DNA of 64,000 nt, taken from an uncultured Gemmatimonadales bacterium. Lineage in GTDB: Bacteria > Actinomycetota > Acidimicrobiia > Spongiisociales > UBA5794. Location: NCBI GenBank assembly GCA_964195945.1, contig CAXMRC010000090.1, positions 20,195-84,194 of the forward strand, written 5' to 3'. This document shows, piece after piece, positions 60,443 to 64,000 of the stretch. Position 1 is the first letter of the stretch. Every line of letters starts with the position of its first letter. The notes under the pieces were generated by a model that did not search any database, was not told where the DNA came from, and was given only the letters and a program-made list of their open reading frames with translations. The position numbers were made by a program, and so were the translations under genes.

Positions 60443-61528
60443 TCATCGGGTTGTCTCGATGGGTTCGGGGTAGAAGCGTTTGCGGGCCCAGAGGGCGACG
60501 TAGACGAGACCGACGAGAACGGGGACTTCGATGAGGGGTCCGACTACTCCGGCGAGCGCTTCGCCGGAGGTGACCCCGAACACGCCGATGGCGACGGCGA
60601 TGGCGAGTTCGAAGTTGTTGGAGGCGGCGGTGAAGGCGACGCTGGTGTTCTTCTCGTAGGTCAGCTTCAGCCTGAGCCCGAGCGCAAAGGAGACGACCCA
60701 CATCAGGCCGAAGTAGGCAAGCAGCGGGAGAGCGATCCGAGCAACATCGAATGGTCGGGCGGTGATGGTTTCGCCTTGGAGGGCGAAGAGGAGCACCACG
60801 GTGAACAGGAGCCCGTAGAGAGCCCATGGGGCAAGCTTGGGAAGGAATCGGTTTTCGTACCATTCGATGCCTCGGGTGTGTTCACCCCAGCGGCGGGTGA
60901 GGTACCCGCCGGCGAGGGGGATACCCAAGAAGACGAGGACGATCTTGGTGATTTCCCACATTGACACGTCCAATGTTGCGGTGTCGAGTCCTAGCCAGTT
61001 AGGCAGCAGTTCGAGGTAGAAGTATCCGAGGATCGAGTACGCGACGATCTGGAAGATCGAGTTGAGGGCGACCAGCACCGCGGCGGCTTCCCGGTCTCCG
61101 CAGGCGAGGTCGTTCCAGATCAGCACCATGGCGATACAGCGGGCCAACCCGATGATGATCAGCCCGGTGCGGTATTCGGGCAGGTCGGGAAGTAGCAGCC
61201 ATGCGAGCGCAAACATCAACGCTGGACCCACCACCCAGTTGAGCACTAGCGAGGTCACCACCAATTTCCGGTCGGTGGTGATGTCGCCGATTTGTGAGTA
61301 GCGGACCTTGGCTAGCACCGGGTACATCATGACCAGTAACCCGAGAGCAATCGGCAGTGAGACGGAGCCGATCTTGACCGTGTCCAACCAGTCGTTGAGG
61401 TCCGGGATTAGCCGGCCGAGTCCGAGCCCGAGGGCCACAGCGGCCAGGATCCACACCGGCAGAAACCGATCCACGGCCGATAGGCGGGCCAGGGCCGGTT
61501 CGGTGGTGGTGGTCGGGCCGACATTCAT
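60443..61528 (-). CDS. acr3: ACR3-family arsenite efflux transporter
   Basis: DRFLPVWI, MMYPVLAKV, GLARCIAMV, ASNNFELAIAV, GPLIEVP. Confidence 0.96.
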   Translation of the reverse strand: MNVGPTTTTEPALARLSAVDRFLPVWILAAVALGLGLGRLIPDLNDWLDTVKIGSVSLPIALGLLVMMYPVLAKVRYSQIGDITTDRKLVVTSLVLNWVVGPALMFALAWLLLPDLPEYRTGLIIIGLARCIAMVLIWNDLACGDREAAAVLVALNSIFQIVAYSILGYFYLELLPNWLGLDTATLDVSMWEITKIVLVFLGIPLAGGYLTRRWGEHTRGIEWYENRFLPKLAPWALYGLLFTVVLLFALQGETITARPFDVARIALPLLAYFGLMWVVSFALGLRLKLTYEKNTSVAFTAASNNFELAIAVAIGVFGVTSGEALAGVVGPLIEVPVLVGLVYVALWARKRFYPEPIETTR

Positions 61529-61767
61529 GCTTGGACGCCGGTAAGCATGGTCTGGAGTTCCGCCACCCTGCGGCTCCGCCCCGCCAGTACCACTTGGTCG
61601 TCGACGACCAAAGCCGGGGTGGACATGACCCCGTATGCGGCGATGGCGGCGAAATCGGTGACTTTCTCGATCTGGGCGTCTAGCCCCAGCAGCTTCACCT
61701 CTTCGGTGGCGCGTTTCTCGAGGGTTTGACAGTTGGCGCAGCCGGAGCCGAGCACCTTGATGATCAT
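61525..61767 (-). CDS. Small redox-active disulfide protein (thioredoxin-like)
   Basis: IKVLGSGCANC, YGVMSTPALVVD. Confidence 0.9.
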   Translation of the reverse strand: MIIKVLGSGCANCQTLEKRATEEVKLLGLDAQIEKVTDFAAIAAYGVMSTPALVVDDQVVLAGRSRRVAELQTMLTGVQA

Positions 61768-61777
61768 GAGAGCCTCC

Positions 61778-61921
61778 TTACAGGATCAGGCTGAAGAGAA
61801 AACCGACCAACAAGACCAGTTCGGGGACCGAGAGGGCGACCACCGACACAATGAACGCCAAGACGGTGCCGATGGCCAGACCCTTGGCATGCGGGGCTTC
61901 GACGAGTGGGAGTATCCCCAA
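61778..61921 (-). pseudogene. C-terminal remnant of ArsP/DUF318 permease
   Basis: GILPLVEA.HAKGLAIGTVLAF..SVVALSVPE..LVGFLFSLIL*; the rest of the gene is absent. Confidence 0.7.
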
Positions 61922-61969
61922 CCTCGATGTTGTTGCCGAGGGGCCGCGGTCTAGTGGTCTGTCGAACGA

Positions 61970-62419
61970 CTACCCGCAACAGCCTGCCAAGTCATCTTCG
62001 CCTAGATCGGGTCCGACTTCGTCGGCCAGAGTGGAGATGATGCCGTGGGTCCAACAGTCGTCGGCTCCCGCTGCTTCCCGCATGGTCAGCGCAAACACGT
62101 AGCCGATCTCTGCTTCGGTTGCTCCGGCCGCCAATGCTCCACTGAAGTGTTTGCGTACGCAAGGCTCTGAGCGCGCCTTGATCGACAGCGCGAATCGGAT
62201 GAGCTCATCGGTCTTTGAGTCCACCGTTCTGGCGGCATCGAGCGCCTCGTCCAGGCTGCGGAGCGCCGTCGTGAAGGGAGCCACGTGGGTCGCCAGGAAC
62301 CCCTGCCCGCAACCGGCGCCGGCGGCTCCCGCACCCTGATTAGCCGCTGCGGCTGATGTGTCGGTTCCGCATCCGGTGGTCGTAAGCGATCCCGATGCCG
62401 TTTGGTCCAGTGTCGTCAT
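61970..62419 (-). CDS. Carboxymuconolactone decarboxylase/AhpD-fold protein, Cys-rich
   Basis: DSKTDELIRFALSI...PCVRKHF..ALAAGATEAEI; C-terminal CCG; GGGAGA RBS. Confidence 0.8.
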   Translation of the reverse strand: MTTLDQTASGSLTTTGCGTDTSAAAANQGAGAAGAGCGQGFLATHVAPFTTALRSLDEALDAARTVDSKTDELIRFALSIKARSEPCVRKHFSGALAAGATEAEIGYVFALTMREAAGADDCWTHGIISTLADEVGPDLGEDDLAGCCG

Positions 62420-62482
62420 CGATTCTCCCAGTTGTCTTCGCAGGTCCGTCATTTCGATCGTCATCAATACGATAACTATCGA

Positions 62483-62498
62483 ATCGACAAACGTCAAT
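62483..62498. promoter_or_regulatory. ArsR-type operator palindrome
   Basis: ATCGAC-N4-GTCAAT between the divergent ars genes; TATGAT -10 at 62507. Confidence 0.65.
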
Positions 62499-62519
62499 AT
62501 GTTTCGTATGATCGCTCGC

Positions 62520-62828
62520 ATGGAAAACCCGCACTCCGAACAGCTGACGTCGTCGATGCTCAGCGAAGCCGCCGGCGAAGAACTGGCCGGCGTCCTCAAA
62601 GCGCTTGCCCATCCTGTCCGCTTGAAGCTGGTGAACATCATCGGCACTGCCGGCGAGGGATGCGCATGTGACTTCCCGGCGGCAGTCGGCAAAACCCAGG
62701 CGACCGTTAGCCACCATCTGAAGCAACTCGTGGAGGCCGGCATTCTGCAACGAGAACAGCGAGGCAAGTGGGCCTGGTTCCAGGTCGACCAAGACCGACT
62801 CGCTGAGATCTGCTCGATGATCTGCTGA
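62520..62828 (+). CDS. arsR: ArsR/SmtB repressor
   Basis: KALAHPVRL, GCACDF, QATVSHHLKQL, GKW; leaderless ATG 62520. Confidence 0.92.
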   Translation: MENPHSEQLTSSMLSEAAGEELAGVLKALAHPVRLKLVNIIGTAGEGCACDFPAAVGKTQATVSHHLKQLVEAGILQREQRGKWAWFQVDQDRLAEICSMIC

Positions 62829-64000
62829 TGGGCCACTCGGACCTCGCCGGTATTCGGCCCACCGCCAACGCCCAATCGATTGACGCTCCCAGCCTGGCCC
62901 GCCACTTCGGTGGAGGCGAGGGGTTGTTGCCGTTGTGGATTGCTGAGCCATACCTCACTCTTGCACCGGGAGTAAACGAAGCGCTCGAGGCCAGAGCCGG
63001 TACCGGCTGGCACGGATATGAGACGCGACCCGGCGCACTCAGCGACGCCTTCTGGGCCTGGATGGCGACACGCCACCAATGGGACCAGGGTGGCCTCCGA
63101 ACACTGATTAGTCCCAGTGTCGGTACCTCGATTGGTGTGCTGATCGAGCAGCTGACCGAGCCAGGCGAGGGCGTGATATTGCAGCCGCCGGTGTTCACGG
63201 ACTTCAAACCGTTGGTTGTTTCCGCCGGTCGAAGCGTGGTCCCGAATCCTCTGCTGATGACCGAGACCGGCTACCGGCTGGACCTCGATGACCTTGCCGG
63301 CAAGGCCGCGGACCCGGCCACCAGGGCGCTGATCCTGTGCAACCCGCACAACCCGGTCGGACGAGTATGGACGAGCGGCGAATTAGCAGACGTTGTGGCG
63401 ATCTGTGCCCAACACGGGGTCTTTGTGATCGCCGACGAGATCCATGCCGACTTGACCCTGGCATCGCACACCTTCACACCGCTGGCCACGGTGGCAGTCG
63501 GCACGAAGGTCAGATGGGCTGCGCTGCACGGCCCGATCAAAACCTTCGGCCTGGCGGGTGTCTGCGACACCCTCGTCATCACCGACAACGACCACGTGGT
63601 GGAGTTGTTCGAGTCCAAGAGCTCGCGGCTCCACCTCACCCGCAACAACGTTTTCGGTCTGGCGGCCTTCGAGGCCGCGTATGAGACCGGAGCAGCATGG
63701 GTCGACGAACTCCTCCAGCTCGTAGAATCCAACGCGTCATTGCTGGCAGACCAACTCCCGGACGAGGTCGACCTCATCGACCTTCAGGGCACGTATCTAG
63801 CCTGGCTCGATTTCCGACAACTCAACATGGATGTTCCTGAGCTGGCATTCTGGCTGGCAGAGTCCGCCCGCCTCGCGTTGAGCCCCGGCCACTGGTTCGG
63901 AAGGCAGGGCGCCGGCTTCGCCCGCATGACCATCGCCGCGCCCACCGAACAGATCGAACAGGCCATCACCCGCCTCCACGACGCCATTGCCAGAATCCCC
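62828..64000 (+). CDS. PatB/MalY-family PLP C-S lyase (runs off the window end)
   Basis: LPLWIAE, QPPVF, LCNPHNPVGRVW, ADEIHADL, IKTFGLAG, GTYLAWLD; ATG overlaps the arsR stop. Confidence 0.88.
   Translation, partial: MGHSDLAGIRPTANAQSIDAPSLARHFGGGEGLLPLWIAEPYLTLAPGVNEALEARAGTGWHGYETRPGALSDAFWAWMATRHQWDQGGLRTLISPSVGTSIGVLIEQLTEPGEGVILQPPVFTDFKPLVVSAGRSVVPNPLLMTETGYRLDLDDLAGKAADPATRALILCNPHNPVGRVWTSGELADVVAICAQHGVFVIADEIHADLTLASHTFTPLATVAVGTKVRWAALHGPIKTFGLAGVCDTLVITDNDHVVELFESKSSRLHLTRNNVFGLAAFEAAYETGAAWVDELLQLVESNASLLADQLPDEVDLIDLQGTYLAWLDFRQLNMDVPELAFWLAESARLALSPGHWFGRQGAGFARMTIAAPTEQIEQAITRLHDAIARIP

Overview
GC-rich (~60%) chromosomal segment, most consistent with an Acidimicrobiia-type actinobacterium. 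That inference rests on bL37, DUF501, the mfd-mazG-eno-divIC-DUF501-ppx-tRNA-Leu block and frequent leaderless promoters. Positions 1-52,100 are mostly housekeeping and metabolic genes: ABC-2 exporter, menD/menF, Pat acetyltransferase, two OmpR-type two-component systems, ABC-F, GGDEF-EAL, EF-G2, eno, mfd, pgsA, glpK, pth, rplY, prs, a half GlmU, ispE, rsmA, tatD, metG, abrB, rsmI and xylA, plus tRNA-Leu(TAA) and tRNA-Gln(TTG). Positions 52,170-64,000 look accessory: tRNA 3'-half scars bracket a SARP/PAS-kinase/EAL/STAND signalling cluster, followed by an arsenic-resistance cluster. The most interesting candidate system is an AbiEi-DUF559 nuclease gene enclosed by two ~50-bp hairpin direct repeats. 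Solo, chimeric and collapsed copies of the same hairpin occur elsewhere in the window, suggesting a REP/RAYT-like repeat-mobilising element driven by a Vsr-like nuclease (inference). Also notable are a 27-bp hairpin array upstream of mfd, a candidate sRNA, and three genes hollowed out by internal deletions (aceK, a PLP aminotransferase, arsP). All assignments come from motif recognition by eye; no database searches were run.
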